NCBI GenBank assembly: GCA_050084515.1
Contig: CM114271.1
Location: 42,036,001-42,100,000, forward strand
DNA length: 64,000 nt
Direction of reading: 5' to 3'
DNA from: Blasia pusilla
Lineage: Eukaryota
Shown here: piece after piece, positions 1-13,319 of the stretch
Layout: each line of letters begins with the position of its first letter
Position numbering within the stretch: the stretch's first letter is position 1
Translations under genes and position numbers: made by a program
The notes under the pieces: generated by a model
What the model was told of the DNA's origin: nothing
What the model saw: the letters and a program-made list of their open reading frames with translations, nothing else
The model's database searches: none

Positions 1-380
1 TCTATCCACTGGGCCATGGAATAATAGGAAAAGAATGGGTCTCTTCCATTATCACAAATATATGGCCATAAATACGCCCCATCATTGGTTTATGACCATC
101 ACACTCTCTCAACGGAATACTATTGGGAGAATCATAATAAACAACTTTTCATCTTCTACCAAAAAATCACCATTGGCCACAATAATCTCAATCTCTCTTT
201 CCTTCTCCTTTTGCCTTGTATTCCTCCTATTGAAATACTTCCTAAAAGCATTTGTGATAACCATGGCATGGACGCCTCCCTCAATTCTAAGATATTTCAT
301 TCCATCATAAAGTTTGTTGCAAAGCGTGTACTAGTAGAAATAAAAATTTGTCTCTTCATTGGGTTGGTAAGGGGCTAATA
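1..380 (-). pseudogene. Possible decayed Ty3/gypsy pol fragment (RNase H-integrase junction)
   Basis: The minus-strand ORF 109..300 (KYLR...DFLVEDEKLF) loosely resembles the linker before a gypsy integrase zinc finger. It is heavily degenerate. Confidence 0.3.
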
Positions 381-1815
381 TATCCATCTAGACATTAAAT
401 AGGAGGCTACTCTTTCTCGTCTCATGAATTTTTTTTAATCAATGTTGTATCCCGATCTCTTGATAAATCTATTAATCTTTCCATAGGTACTAGAAGTATA
501 TGTCTAAGCTCTGTCAGTTGTGGTAATCTAATGGTTCTTGCAACCTTTTCTAGTTCCCTTACTACCTCTGATTTTGTAAGCTTGTGTTCATTGAATTCTA
601 CCCTCTTGAATAGCAGTGTATCTTTTTCAATGATTCCTTTTGTCGATGATTGATAGAAAAAGAGTTACATAGTAGTGAATACATACATGTTATGCCTAAG
701 AGTTTTGCCCATTAACAAGAAAATCTAAGGGAGTGAAATTTCCCAAAATCTGAAGGTTCTTTCTACTTGACACTCTGGACAACATAACATATGTCAAACC
801 AAAATTGAAAGCATGCTTCAAGACAACCAAACATGACTTTCAAAGTGTACCTTGTGTGTAACTTAGAGTAAGGTGCTATATATGGAATACAAATTTGTGT
901 TGACAAAACTTTGGAACGAGCTCACTATGAACTAGTACATATTCATACTACGAGAGCCTAATCTTGTTATGCAAAGTAGTATTACTTGAAGAGTGCACAA
1001 AAGAACTCATGCTTAGGAAATGTAACTCTATATACTCGCAAGGATATTCTTTCATATACAAAGATGGAGAAAAAGATAATCTAGTACTAATTGTAGAGCA
1101 AATCCAATTGTCATTAGAGGAATAAAAAAGTAAACCTTTTGATTAATAATGAAATAAGCCAAAATGTATTAATTAAACAAGAAGGTATGACTAACCTTAA
1201 GTTGTTGCCTAAATTTTTGGGATGACATTCACTCCTATTGTAGGTGGGAAATTTCCGCAACATGAATTGTGATGAATGCCAACCATCGAAATAAAAATTT
1301 AAGTCATTGTGGGGTATTACCTACCTTTCCCATAATTTATAAAAGTGACCATGGTCTAAAGGAACAAATAGATTCACAGTTCTTGCTTGAGAATATATGA
1401 GGAAAAGGAAAAGAATACAAGGGTGTTGTTTGACAAATTGAGTAGAGGCTTGCAAACATAATTATATAAATGAATGTTGACAACACATAATCTATGGTTG
1501 TTTAATGATCCTTGTTGCACTACAAAAAAACACTTACGAGAAGTGAAGACACAAGAACATTGAAGTTATGTCTGTCATAATCTTACTCTCGAGAGAATGT
1601 TATCAACTGATAAGTTTTTTTGCTTTTAAGAGAAATTTAGGTAGAGGGTCACTTCCACATTGAAATCGTGACATAATAGACTAAGAAAATATAGAGAGAT
1701 GAACCTACCAAGTGGATTGCAAGTGGCAAAAAACTACTAAGATAAATATAAAATGCGTGATAAAGGCCAAAATTTTTGAAAAGCCCCTACTAATTTTCCA
1801 ATATGAATTCATAAA

Positions 1816-2132
1816 CAAGGTTGCATGTGGACAAAGTCCGTGTCCATGGACATGTCCGTCCAATGGAAAGACTTGTCCGTATGGGCCCCACCTTTCCTTT
1901 CTTCCTCATTCCCCTTACTTGCCTCCGTGTTCCATACTCCTCCATTTCTTCCTCCCTCCACTTCAACCTCCACTCCCTCCTCCCTCATTACTCCTCTCAT
2001 CCTTGTCTTGTCTTCCATCATGGACTAAAAGTGTGGATCCCACCTCTTGGAACCCATGTCCAAGGACATGTCCAGACTTGTTGGTCCATGTCCGTCCTAA
2101 GGAAGGACTTGTCCGATTTTTGTGCAACCATG
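1816..2132 (+). mobile_element. hAT-type MITE (317 bp)
   Basis: Ends CAAGGTTGCA...TGCAACCATG form a TIR. A perfect 8-bp TSD TTCATAAA lies at 1808-1815 and 2133-2140. Near-identical to the copy at 34312-34627. Confidence 0.92.
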
Positions 2133-2829
2133 TTCATAAAGAAGTTCCCTCTTATTCATGTAGAACAATAGGGAAGGAATAGCAAGTCTACCTCTAATGG
2201 AGCTAATCGTGGCTATACTAAATCATAACCCACAATTTTGGGTTAATGGATAACTGTGGTGAGGAAAGGAGAAACCCATAAGGAGGCAAACAATCTACAA
2301 TAAAAGAAATTCCTCTATTGACTTTATATTGTAGTAAAAAGTAATAAATCCTTTTGAGTCTGCACAAGCGATACATTAAGAAATAAGGAATCAATTGATT
2401 ATAATCAGAAGCTATCCGAATGGAATAAGAAAAACCATAGCGATAGAGATGAAACCCCCACTTTACTAAAATAAAATAAAACAAATATTGCGTAGAAAGT
2501 TAAATCACATTTGCTAATACAAAATTGAGTTCTTTGTGGTAAGGTAGTATAAGAAGTAATGGTCTTACTGTTGGAACTAAATGTATTCTCCGTGGACTAT
2601 GCAATTGCTACGGCAAAAACTGTAGCACAATCCAAAGTATCCAATCCACCACGCTAGGTTGAGAGTCAATGCATGACTCTTCATACAGAGCGAGTGTAGA
2701 ATATATTCGTCACTCAATATAAAGCAAGTGTGGAACAAAGACGTTATCCCAAATACCGTACACAAAATGAAGACACTACTAGACACGTAGTAGGGTAGGT
2801 ATAACTCTATTTTTTGGGTTCAGATAATA

Positions 2830-4039
2830 TCTATACTATAATTTGCGGAGTGGTTCTAACATGGTGACACCCGTAGAACAAAACACGTGTCATAAAAAAC
2901 CCTACAAACCCTATGAGTATTTCAAGAGGGGGCATATATGGTGGATAAATTCTTCCATTTGCGGAGTGGTTCTAACATGGTGATACCCTTAAAACACGAC
3001 ACGTATCATCAAAAACCCTACAAACCCTATGTGTATTTCAAGAGGGTGCGTATATGCACGGAGCGCATGCATCGCAAGGTCCGCCATGGGCACTAACTAC
3101 TATCTATATGACGTCAAAGTGTCCAAGATGCCATAGGAGTAGATGGCTTCACTATCAAATACGCACCTTGAGCATTTTAGCTTTCGATGGTCACAGACCT
3201 TAACTTCAAGCACCAAGTTTTTCAGAAGTATATTTAGTAGAAAAACCTAAAGGATCGACTTGTATCATCTTTAACGTTAGTTACCAAACAAAATAAGTAC
3301 AGATTATGTCAACCCCTCTAGCTAATTTTGCAAGACTGCACTCAAAACGTATGTGTGGCCAACCCCCAATGCGTTCCACAAATTAAGGTGAGTAGGGTAC
3401 ATAACCAATTGACTATTGCTGACCATATTAAATATAATCCATCCTATAATACCTAAACACTTATTTCCCATCACAACGAACATTTTGATGGCCAAGGAGA
3501 AAAATTAATTCCCTTAGTCATTGTAAATATTAAAAATCCTTAATAAGTAAAAACTATTCCAAATTAAGAGAAAATTGGTTTGGCCCCTCATAATTTAGGG
3601 TTGAATTTATTTTAGTAGAAACCTTGATAGATATGGAAGTGGAGCAGCGCTTAGAATCGTTTAAAAGTAAATGGAAGAATAGAAGAATCTCGGTCAAATA
3701 TATTTTGCTGAACAACGTTTCATATCCTAAGATCTCCTCTTCAATGTTTTCCTACGCAAACCTCTCTAGATCCTCAAATATATGGGTATTGCTGCTCAAT
3801 CCGATTGTGCTACCAAAGGAGGTTACCATGTGACCACACAAATCTATATTGTTATGGGAGAGTGCCTTCTTTGATTTGCAAACACTTCTATACAAGAAAA
3901 TGTTTCACATGCTATGGGAAGCAAGAAAAAAATGAGTTTGTGTGCAACATCATGAGTCTCTTCCCTTCACCGGTTACACAATAGAAATACTCTTCAAAAA
4001 CTTTTGTATTTCCCGTGCATCGCACGGGCACCTTACCGG
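2830..4039 (+). mobile_element. Non-autonomous Helitron
   Basis: 5' TC start (A|TCTATACTATAATTTG). 3' hairpin CCCGTGC-ATC-GCACGGG (4012-4028) is followed by CCGG|T, a degenerate CTRR. Inserted between A and T. Internal ~117-bp tandem duplication at 2841-3057. Confidence 0.65.
3640..3960 (-). pseudogene. Ty1/copia integrase fragment (decayed)
   Basis: The minus strand shows a CxxC-like pre-integrase remnant and a 'QQN...ALLH' stretch resembling copia PQQNGxAER...RxLL. Many stops and frameshifts. Confidence 0.4.
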
Positions 4040-5069
4040 TGTTACAATATGAGAATGAAACAAGTAAAAAATTCACATGACCTTAATTATATAATTAGGG
4101 TTATCGTAAGAAACATGGATCCCAACACTTCAACTTCATCCGGAAACTCACGTCAAAATATACAATCGAACACCCGGATAACCCTCTACTTCATCAACCC
4201 AATAGAACTTGGGCAGTGACTATGACATATGAGGTGTATGGATGATTTTTTTAGAACAGTAAGATTCATGAATGAATGAGATAGGAGAGGTGATTTTGGA
4301 ACCTTTACGTGACAAGCTAAGGAGGAGATATAGGGAAAATCCATAGTAAAGTTCGAGGATGAACGCAAGTTTGAGGATACACGGTTTTTCCTCTCCGGTC
4401 TTACTAAACTACCTGGCCTTTTCCCCTTCATAACTCAAAGAAGTAATAAATATAGCATTAACATTTTGAGCACACAAAATGGAAAGCAAGTACTCCACGT
4501 TACTCACACTTTTATTCGGTCGGTCAGGGTAAATGCGAGACCAAGCGAACAATTAGTGGTACATTGGAATGAAGGCAGCGATTTTGGGCGGGGACGGCGG
4601 GAGGCATGGACGGGGACGGCGGGAGGAAGGACGGAGGGCGTAGGGGACGAAAAGAGACGTGCTACATGTCGAAACGGAGAGCGTGACGAGAGCTTCGTTT
4701 TGATCCGGACCTTGCTGCATGGCGTGAAGTATTTTTATTTTTATTCATCTTTTTAGAATTCGGTTCATATTAGGGTTCCAAATGTGAATATTAGGGCTTA
4801 GCTTATTGTCATTTGGAGAAATTTCCCAAGGTAACGTCCTCTATTCACCCACCCTTCCCCTCCTTTCCCAAGTCCTTTCTTGTTTGTCGTATTTGTCGTA
4901 TGTGCTTCTCATTTTGGTTCGATTCATGTTTGTATTTGTTACCCTCCCGCACATACACTTTTCTTCTCATCTATTTTATCTCAAGGGCCCATGATCTTTT
5001 CACACTCTTAGCAACTCTACGTATTCATGAGTTTATTTTTGGGAGGGGTTGGGACTAGAAGTCCTAGGT

Positions 5070-8000
5070 GATGTCGGTAGGTGAGAGTTTATGTTAGAGG
5101 GAGCATTACCGTGGACGGAAGAGAGTGGTTTGCCAGGACCGCTCGTTCGAATGGGGATGATAGGATTTGTTATTGACGGGGATTGTCGACGATTTTATTG
5201 GAGGGGGTCCATGTCCTCTTCTTGGTGAGTTGCATCCATGCCTCGACCGCATCGGCTCCCGTGTGGGGACCCGTGGGTCGTCTAGTCGGGATACTAAATG
5301 CCCATGTTGTCCCGAATTCTTCACTCGCTCAGAATTCGGAACCACTTAGCGGCTAAACATCCCGACTTTGATAGATTTGGATGGGTGGTCCCTCCCGTTG
5401 ACCATGGATGCTCTCCGGTGCTTCCCGCATCATCGCCCCTCCCGAGGCATGGGAGTGGTTGAGGTCCCACAAGGGTAAAGCATTATAGGTCTCTTTGAGA
5501 CCCGTTTTCCCTGCCCGAGGTTGTTTCATAGGATCCCCATGCTATTCGGGACGACTCTCCACGCATTCCTCCTTCCTCGCTAGGATCGCCCTTGATCCTA
5601 TGGATGAGCTCTCTTGGTACCTACTACTTCTCCTTCCACGATGGTGTCTTCGTTACACTCGGGAGGAAGGTCCGGTCATAGAGAGGTTATAGCACGCCCG
5701 AGACGCTTTCGAGGAGGTGATTGGGAGTCTCTGCAGAGTGAGTTTGTGGCATTCGCCAGAGGTAGTAGTTCACCTGGTTTTCGGCGGACGATCCTGGAGC
5801 AGCCAGGTTGCGGCGATGTAGGACATGGGGATGAGCCTGTGAGTACTTGCGAAGCCTGACGTGCTCTTTGCCCGATGGACATGGCTCCTTCTTCAGCTGT
5901 TACCATCGATGCCCTCCGGAGGCTACATCCTCGTCCATCGGTTGACATTCCAGCTTTTGCACGTGACTTCCACCCTGACACGGCTATATGCCTTGACCCA
6001 TCCCTCTTTGCACGGGCACTCGGACGTTCTCCGAGGATTGCGGCCGGAGGTTTGTCTGGTATGATGTACGAACACCTTCGTGATTGCTTTCCTTCCGAGG
6101 ACACCGCTAGCGGCTTCTCCGAGTTGCTCCAGGTTGCCTCTCACCTAGCTCAGGGGAGAGTGCCAACAGCAGTGGCCCAAGTATTAGGGGCGGGGCGACT
6201 TTTGGCGTTGTCAAAGGAGGGTGGTGGTATCCGTCCGATTGCCATAGGTGAGGTGCTCTCACGGTTGGTGAGTCATACTCTCGCTTTGCAATTCCGTGAG
6301 GCTTTCAGTCCACATCCGAGTCCGCATCGTTTGGAGTTGCCACGCCACCGGATGTGAGACGGTTGCCTTAGGTTTGAGGGCTTGTCTAGATGTACATCCG
6401 AGTGGGTGGTTCTCAAGTGGACGTGGAGAACGCCTTCAACTCAGTATCTCGGGCTACTATATTCACAGAGTTGAGGACCTTGGCCCCATGGCGAGCCTCA
6501 TTTCCACCATGGTCGCCCTCTATTTCCACCATGGTCGATTCGAGGAGGAGGTCACGGTCTTGGAGTCCGCACAGGGACTCGTCGGGGTGACCCTCTTGGT
6601 GGCGCGTTGCTTGCTGTGGCTCATTTCCGAGCGGTTCTTTCTATGGTGGAGGCTTTCTCGGGTTGCATATTCCCTTCATTTGGCAGATGATACTCATATT
6701 GTTGGTCCAGAGATCTGGTTGTCCCTGCATTCAAGCACTTTTCAAAGACAGTTGGCTTGGCACGTGTCGGCCTGGCGGTGAAGGTGGGGAAGTGCAAGGC
6801 TTGGTCTCCATCAGGCCTACGTGATGATCTACATTTACCCGACGGCTTCTTGCGACTGTCGGAGGGCTTTGAGTCTTGGGAGTACCGCTGGGAGCCAGGA
6901 CTTTGTATCGACTTTCGTGGGCGGCTCTTACCGAGGATCTTCTCCACGTTGATGATCTTACGAGGATTGGTGACCCTCAAGTCGCCTTCGGCATTCTCTC
7001 TTCTTGTTTTGCTCGTGAGACCTGGTTACCTCACTAGAACTGTCTGGACATCTAGTCACCTTTCTTCCCTATATAGATCCTTTGATAGGAAGCTCATGCG
7101 GGTGTTTGGGGATCTTCTAGGACCCGGCTCCTTAGAGTGCCCCATGGGGAGTTAGCTCAGAGACAGGCCTCTTGGCCGATTTCTTTTGGTGAGTAGGTCT
7201 TATCTCGACCGAGTTAGTGGCGCCCTCCGCTTTTTTTTAGGGAGTTGGGCCACAGTGGCACCCCCCCTTTGCTCCCGATTTTTGGTTAGAGATAGACCGC
7301 TCCTTCTACACTACGTCTCCTGTGTCGAGGATGGCTCTTTCCCACTTCAGTCTTCACTCACACTTGTAGAGATTCCTTCGAGTTGAGGCGAGCCGTTCTC
7401 CTACTTTCTCCTCCTTAGTTACCTCCGGTCGGGCCTGGGCTCCAATCTTCCTTGATGGAAGCCCACTTTGAGGCAGTTTTTAGAGGCACTATGTCCGACG
7501 GGAATATCCCCATGGAGGTTAGGGCCCGATTCGCTCTTGCTCCGGAAAGGGGCAGGCTCATGGGTAGGGGCGCGCCCTTCTCCAGCTTTCCGATCGCACC
7601 ACTTACCTATACCACAGCGATGCGGTTCCTCTTGGGCCTCCCCCAACCATCGGTGGTTGGTTTGACACACTGCGAGTGTCGCCGGAGCCTGGATCCACTT
7701 GGTGTGCATTTGGCACGCTGTCCAGTTGGGGGTGAGAGGATAGCCACTCACGATGCAGTGCGGGATATCATGTTCAGTATTGCTCGGGAGAGTGGCTTCC
7801 ATGTGCAGAGAGAGAGGCACTACTCCATGCGGGATTCCCTCATTCGTGCCGATCTCTACATGACACGTGAGGCTGAGGTGGTTGTGGCGGACGTGGTAGT
7901 CACAGATCCTACGCGGGAGGCAGTGCGAGCCCAAGTGGTGGCCCAAGGGCGAATGCTACAAGGAGCGGCGGCGGCGGCGGTGAAGAAGACACATATCTAC

Positions 8001-8420
8001 AGTCGACTACACGAGGGACACATCTTCATCCCCCTGGCCATAGAGATGTATGGGGCTATGGGGGAGAGGTTCGACTCGTTCCTTACGGACTGCGCCCATC
8101 ATCTCCACTCGAGAAATGGGTTGTCCTTAGCTACTGCGATTCATTGACAGGCGCTGGTCTCCATAGCGTTGGAGCGTGCCAGGCTAATGGGATTTTGCGG
8201 CGGGCTCAGGTGTGGGGGGCGCCGGCGCTAGAGGCCCACTTAGTAGTAGTCATAGCTCTCTTGTTGTTGCTGATATTGTCTCTGCTGTTGGTGAGTTTCG
8301 TCGTTAGGGGGGGGAATGCCCCCTTCTTCCTTTTCTGGTCGTGTTGTGGCCTTCAGGTTTTGACTCTTTGAGTCCCCCTCTTTTGTACTTCCGATGGGTT
8401 TTCCATCACTTGTTTTTATC
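5070..8420 (+). mobile_element. CRE-clade (RLE-type) non-LTR retrotransposon, frameshifted
   Basis: N-terminal C2H2 (CPCCP...THLAAKH across a frameshift). RT motifs LLALSKEGGGIRPIAIGE, VDVENAFNSVSR, GDPL and LADDTHIVG. Zn knuckle CEC...HLARC, then restriction-like endonuclease RADL...ADVVVTDP...KKTHIY...FIPLAIEMYG. No APE domain. Confidence 0.88.
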
Positions 8421-8913
8421 GAAGTCCATCTTTATTTCTACATCGATCCAAGGAGTACTTACACCCTCTACCGTAGCCCAATCTTCAATCCCAAACGATT
8501 ATCCAACTGCCGTCAGACGCGAGATCGTGTACCGGTCACCGATATCTCGGTCACCGGATACGGGCAACTGTCAGTGAGCGGAGGGAAAACGGTGTTAAGT
8601 TCCTCCGTCAGCGCGGAAGGGTGCACAGTGGGAATTGAGACTCGCGTTACTTGCTGTGCCTCTTTTCCCTCCGTCACAGTGGAAAGTTCGTGGGAGTCGG
8701 CGCTCCTACTCCGACGTCATTATCTCCGTCAGTGCAGAAGGTGCTCCGGAGGGGACACTATCATTACAAAATTGTCCGGTACGTGCTTTTTGTCCTTTCC
8801 AGAAATTAGGCTCGTTCCGTAACGACATATTACCAATTAACTACATGGTACACACAAGCCATGTATAGTTTATATCTACTCATGGAAGAATACTGAACCA
8901 CATTGGCTTTTTC

Positions 8914-9440
8914 TCACCGGATCCTACGCGGGAGGCGGTGCGAGCCCAAGTGGTAGCACAAGGGAGATTGCTACAGGGAGCGACGGCGGCGGTCAAGAAT
9001 ACCCACATCTACAGTCGATTTCATGACGGACATCGATTTATCCCCTAGCCATTGAGATGTACGGGGCGATGGGAGAGAGGTTTGACTCGTTTCTTACGGA
9101 TTGCGCCCATCATCTCCAGTCGAGAAATGGGTTGTCCTTAGCCACTGCGATACTTTATTGTAGGCAACAGGTCTCCATAACTTTGCAGCGCGCCCAGGAA
9201 AATGGGCTTCTGCGGCGGGCTCAGGCGGTTGGAGACACCAATGCTAGAGGCCCACTTAGTAGTAGTCATAGTTCTGTAGGTGTTGCTGATATTGTCTGTG
9301 CTGTTGGTGATTGTGGTCGTTAGGGGGGAAGGCCCCCTTCTTTCTGCTTGGGGCCAATTTTGGCCTCTTGAGGTCTTCCTTTTTGGCTCTCTTTGCCCCC
9401 TCATTTGTATCGTGATGGGTTCCCCATCCTTCTTTATACA
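8914..9440 (+). mobile_element. Second, 5'-truncated copy of the CRE-like element (endonuclease C-terminus + 3' UTR)
   Basis: Colinear with 7900-8420 (TDPTREAVRAQVV...MYGAMGERFDSFLTDCAHHL) and has the same 3' terminal hairpin. Confidence 0.9.
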
Positions 9441-10149
9441 TATTTTATAACTCGAACTTTCTCATAGAACTTTCAAGGTAGTAGGCAATTTCATCATTCC
9501 GGCCGGTTTTTTTTTAATAAAAAAAATCCAGTTTTCACGTCGAGAATTTGCCTAAAAATTCAGATTTTAATAGGAAATCACAATTAATTATTCAATTTTT
9601 TCCCCTTTTTTATTATTGAATAATAAAATAGTAACATGATTTTGAAGCTATGCAGGCCACAAGTGTTCCTTCATCCCGACCCACTCGAACAACCAGGGCA
9701 CGAAAAAGCTCGTGGGGAGGACCCGTTTGGCATGTTTGTCCCATGAACGGAAAAGTCCATTTTTGTACTACCTTGCACCTTTAACATAATGTTGAACATT
9801 CGTAGGATTAGATCTTGTCACTTGTAGGACACAATAAGGCACTTACGGAACATAATGTGATTAGTCGTAGGCTAAAATTTGATCAGTCTTAAGAAAAAAA
9901 AATGATTGCTTGTATACTTGGCTTTATCAAGAACCCACCCGCCCTTTAGCCTATTTAGATCATTCATTGATAAAAATGCAAGAAACTTTTCTTCTACGCT
10001 GTAGATTAAACAAGTTCAAATATCTAGCTCTTTCCGTGTTTCTAAAGACTCTCTAACCAATTTAATTTTTGTTTGCTTCATGGTGTTATTCGTATTGAGG
10101 GAAAAATTCTATGCAAAAAATTACGTCTCGCCTAGCTACATCCAACCTA

Positions 10150-12300
10150 TCCCTATTTTCTGTCCTAGAAGTTAAACTCGTGAATTATGGAAAATAGGAA
10201 CTTGTCATTGTATCCCCTATTATATTGAACCAAGCTATGGAAATATTTTTTGGGGACTTCATTCAACTTGGAAAGAATTTTATCCATTCTCGCCAATCAA
10301 AATACTCTCCTTATAGGATCTTCTTCAACCACCATTACAATTATTGTAGATTCTTCTAGATCGGCTAGATTTTCAACTCTGTTTCTCCGAGGACCGATGT
10401 ATATTGGCCAAAAGTTCCCACATCTCTTTCCATTATTTTATCATCCAATGAAGTGGGACCCAACATATCTAGGATCATAATACGCTGATGAACATGAATT
10501 TTATTCGAATGCCATTTCCACAATTCACTCCACATTCCCGTTTGTAAATGATCATTCAAGATCTCTCGCTGATATTGAAAAAATGTTTCCCACCATTTAT
10601 TTTGGAAGATCTTAATAAAAAAAATTCCCAACTTCAATTGCTTCTCTGTATTCATGTAAATTTTCCCTATAATACCCAAAGAAATCATGTCCATCTTTCC
10701 TTTCCTTCAAACCTTTAAAAGGAATTTGTGTTGATGATCACATGATGGTTCCTGTTGGAACAAGATTCAAGAAAGGAAGGCCTTCTCCCCAAGAAAAAAT
10801 TGTAGATAATTTCTTCCCCCATATCAATATAGCACCATCTTGAACTTTCTTGATTTGGAATTGCCTTTAGAACTTCAAGTCTTATAAGTCTTTGATTGGA
10901 GAAGTTGGACAATCCAACAAAAACTCTTGAAATCACATGTCTCTTTCACAAAAGTGATTAGAGGTTTGGGGGAATAGGAACATACAATAATCTTTTCCGA
11001 TAAATTCAAAAAGTAGGCATTTTTGTAACGAAGATGTCGGTAGTAGCAACTGAATATTTGATCAATCTGATCATGAGTATGTCTAACCATGAGAAACCAA
11101 ACTTTCATTTTTTGGGACATTTCTTTCTTCACCAACACATTAAGATAAAATTGATAAATACTTTTTTTTTTTTGCAAGTAAATACTTATTTTTATTCTCA
11201 CGGGTAGTGTTGTCAAGCTCCAAGTATAGGATAGAGGAAGATTACCTTACTATTCTCCAATAATATTATCCAAAATTGTGATGGTCAAATTTTTATCATT
11301 TTGAATATTGGGGCAATTCAAAGAAACCCTTAACGTTAACTTCTAGTTGAAGATAAGATTTATACATCCAACCACATGTTCCGATATGAAATACTTGTCA
11401 TCCATTACATTGCAATCGAACGAAATACATCAATTCATTTTTGTAATCTATCCCATTGATAACAACTCCAACATACTTTCCTCACAAATTGAAATATTTC
11501 TTGCGATGTTCAACAAGTTTCTCCCTTTCTTTTGTCAAGTGATTTTGGTGCAAGGTTGCACACGGAAAAAGTCTGTATCTGTAGACTTATGTCCGTCCCT
11601 ATGGTACGGTCATGTAGACCACATACATGTTCAATCCTTATCCCGCACCCTTACTCCAAGCCCACACATATTCCTACCACCCAAGCATGTGCAAGAGACC
11701 TAGATACCCAAAAAACCTCAGAGGCAAACCTATTTGGCATGTCCAGATATCTCAATCCCATGGATGGACAAGTCCATTCTCGCACAACCTTGTTTCAATG
11801 TGTAGCCAAATCCAACATGTATGTTTTGCTAAATCACACTTTTTCATTAATTATTTGCAAGTAGCTTAGAAAACTTCTCTCATAAAAGAGTCATAATTGA
11901 TAATTGTTTCTATTTGAAATTTTGGGGCTATAAACGAAATAGAAACCAATTATCTATTATGAGAGGAGGTTCTTAAACTACTTGCAACTAATTTATGATT
12001 GAGTGTTTATCCTTCTACCATTTCTCTCCTTCCCCTACATCTCTAATCGCCACACATGATCAAAAAAGTGATTGATTGTAGGACTATTTTATCCTCTCTA
12101 CAAATATCGAAAGGTGAGCTATACCTTAAATTGATCAGTTGCATGAGCTTCCAAGCAAGATGTGTATATCTCCTTCGGAAACCTTTCCTATCACAACTCC
12201 CAAAAGTGATCCGTCTTAGGACATTTAGGGTTGAGGGTTGTGGTGCATGTGGTTGATCACGCCTCCCTCCAAACTTCTCTCCACTATTCAAACGAACTAT
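10150..12300 (-). pseudogene. Probable L1-type LINE ORF2 relic
   Basis: AT-rich, stop-riddled minus-strand fragments with Trp-rich C-terminal-like stretches and a degenerate YLG-like motif near 11230. Interrupted by a MITE. Confidence 0.35.
11551..11792 (+). mobile_element. hAT-type MITE, older related subfamily
   Basis: Ends CAAGGTTGCAC...CACAACCTTG. Its 5' part matches the element starting at 33670. Degenerate 8-bp TSD TTTTGGTG/TTTCAATG. Confidence 0.7.
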
Positions 12301-12599
12301 ATGTCATTTAAATGGTTTTTTGGGGATGTAAGAAATAATTACACACTCGACGCTCCATTTGTACGATGAAAAACATGGTTGGGTAAAAATTTCTTGAATA
12401 ATCCAAAGAATCGTCAAAGCTGTATTCAGAGCCTGAAGAACCAATCAAAGAAACAATAGATATCTTTGTACGACATTGTATAAATTAAAGAAAATTTCCT
12501 TTCTTCCCTCTACGCGATGTGTGAAAAATAACATTTTGATTTGGTTATTTATATGAATGACTGAATTTTATGATTTATAAAATTGCTAAAAAATATTGA

Positions 12600-13310
12600 C
12601 TGATGGGATACGACTCTCACACTCACACATCATTATGGAGAAATAATTTTGCAATGAGAGAATGAGTGGGGGCTAGTCCTCTTCTTAATTATATAACGTA
12701 TCTATAGAAAATCCTAAACCTAACCCTATATAACCCTAATTAGAGTCTCAAGTTATATTGATTATGGTTCATTAACCCTAGTTGAGATAATCATGCTTAA
12801 CCAACTAACTAAGATTAAGCTCTCTACTTCTTGTAAGTATCAAATACAATAATTTGTATGTCCGATGAGATTGATTATAACTCAATCTTCAATACTTTCC
12901 CTCAAGCTTATATTGATATCTCCAACACCTCATTCATTTCTAAACATCTCAAACTTATCTTTAGACAATGTCTTTGTTAAGATATCAAAAATTTATTGTT
13001 GTATACTGATATGCATAATATCAATTTCTCTTGCAAGCACTTTCTCTCTAATAAAGTGCTAGTGCATCTCTACATGCTTTGTTCAAGCATTAAATATAGG
13101 ATTATTAGCAAGCTTGATGATACTAACATTATTTGCATATATTGCAGTAGGTCTTAAGTTACAAACATCAATCTCAACAAGTAATTGATGAAGCCACAAT
13201 CCTTGTTGATTGTGTAACAACTAAAGAAATGCACCATTGTAGATATTCCTACTAGAGAAGGTGTATGCATAGTTAGGAAAAGCCAGCAGAAATCTTACTG
13301 TAGGCTAGGT
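12600..13310 (-). mobile_element. Ty1/copia 3' remnant (RNase H end, PPT, start of 3' LTR)
   Basis: The minus strand reads like copia RNase H 'TKHVEMH*HFIREKV...DILTKTL', followed by the purine tract TGAGGGAAAG and a TG LTR start near 12891. The far LTR boundary is approximate. Confidence 0.7.
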
Positions 13311-13319
13311 TTCCCTATT

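Noticed and set aside
1712-2182. ORFs of 70-156 aa over the MITE (also 33943-34634 and 48714-48977)
   Set aside because: Chance open frames in a low-complexity pyrimidine-rich repeat, not conserved in frame between copies.
12710-12785. Telomere-like CCTAAACCCTAACCCTA
   Set aside because: Only a few degenerate units inside a probable copia LTR. Not a telomere.
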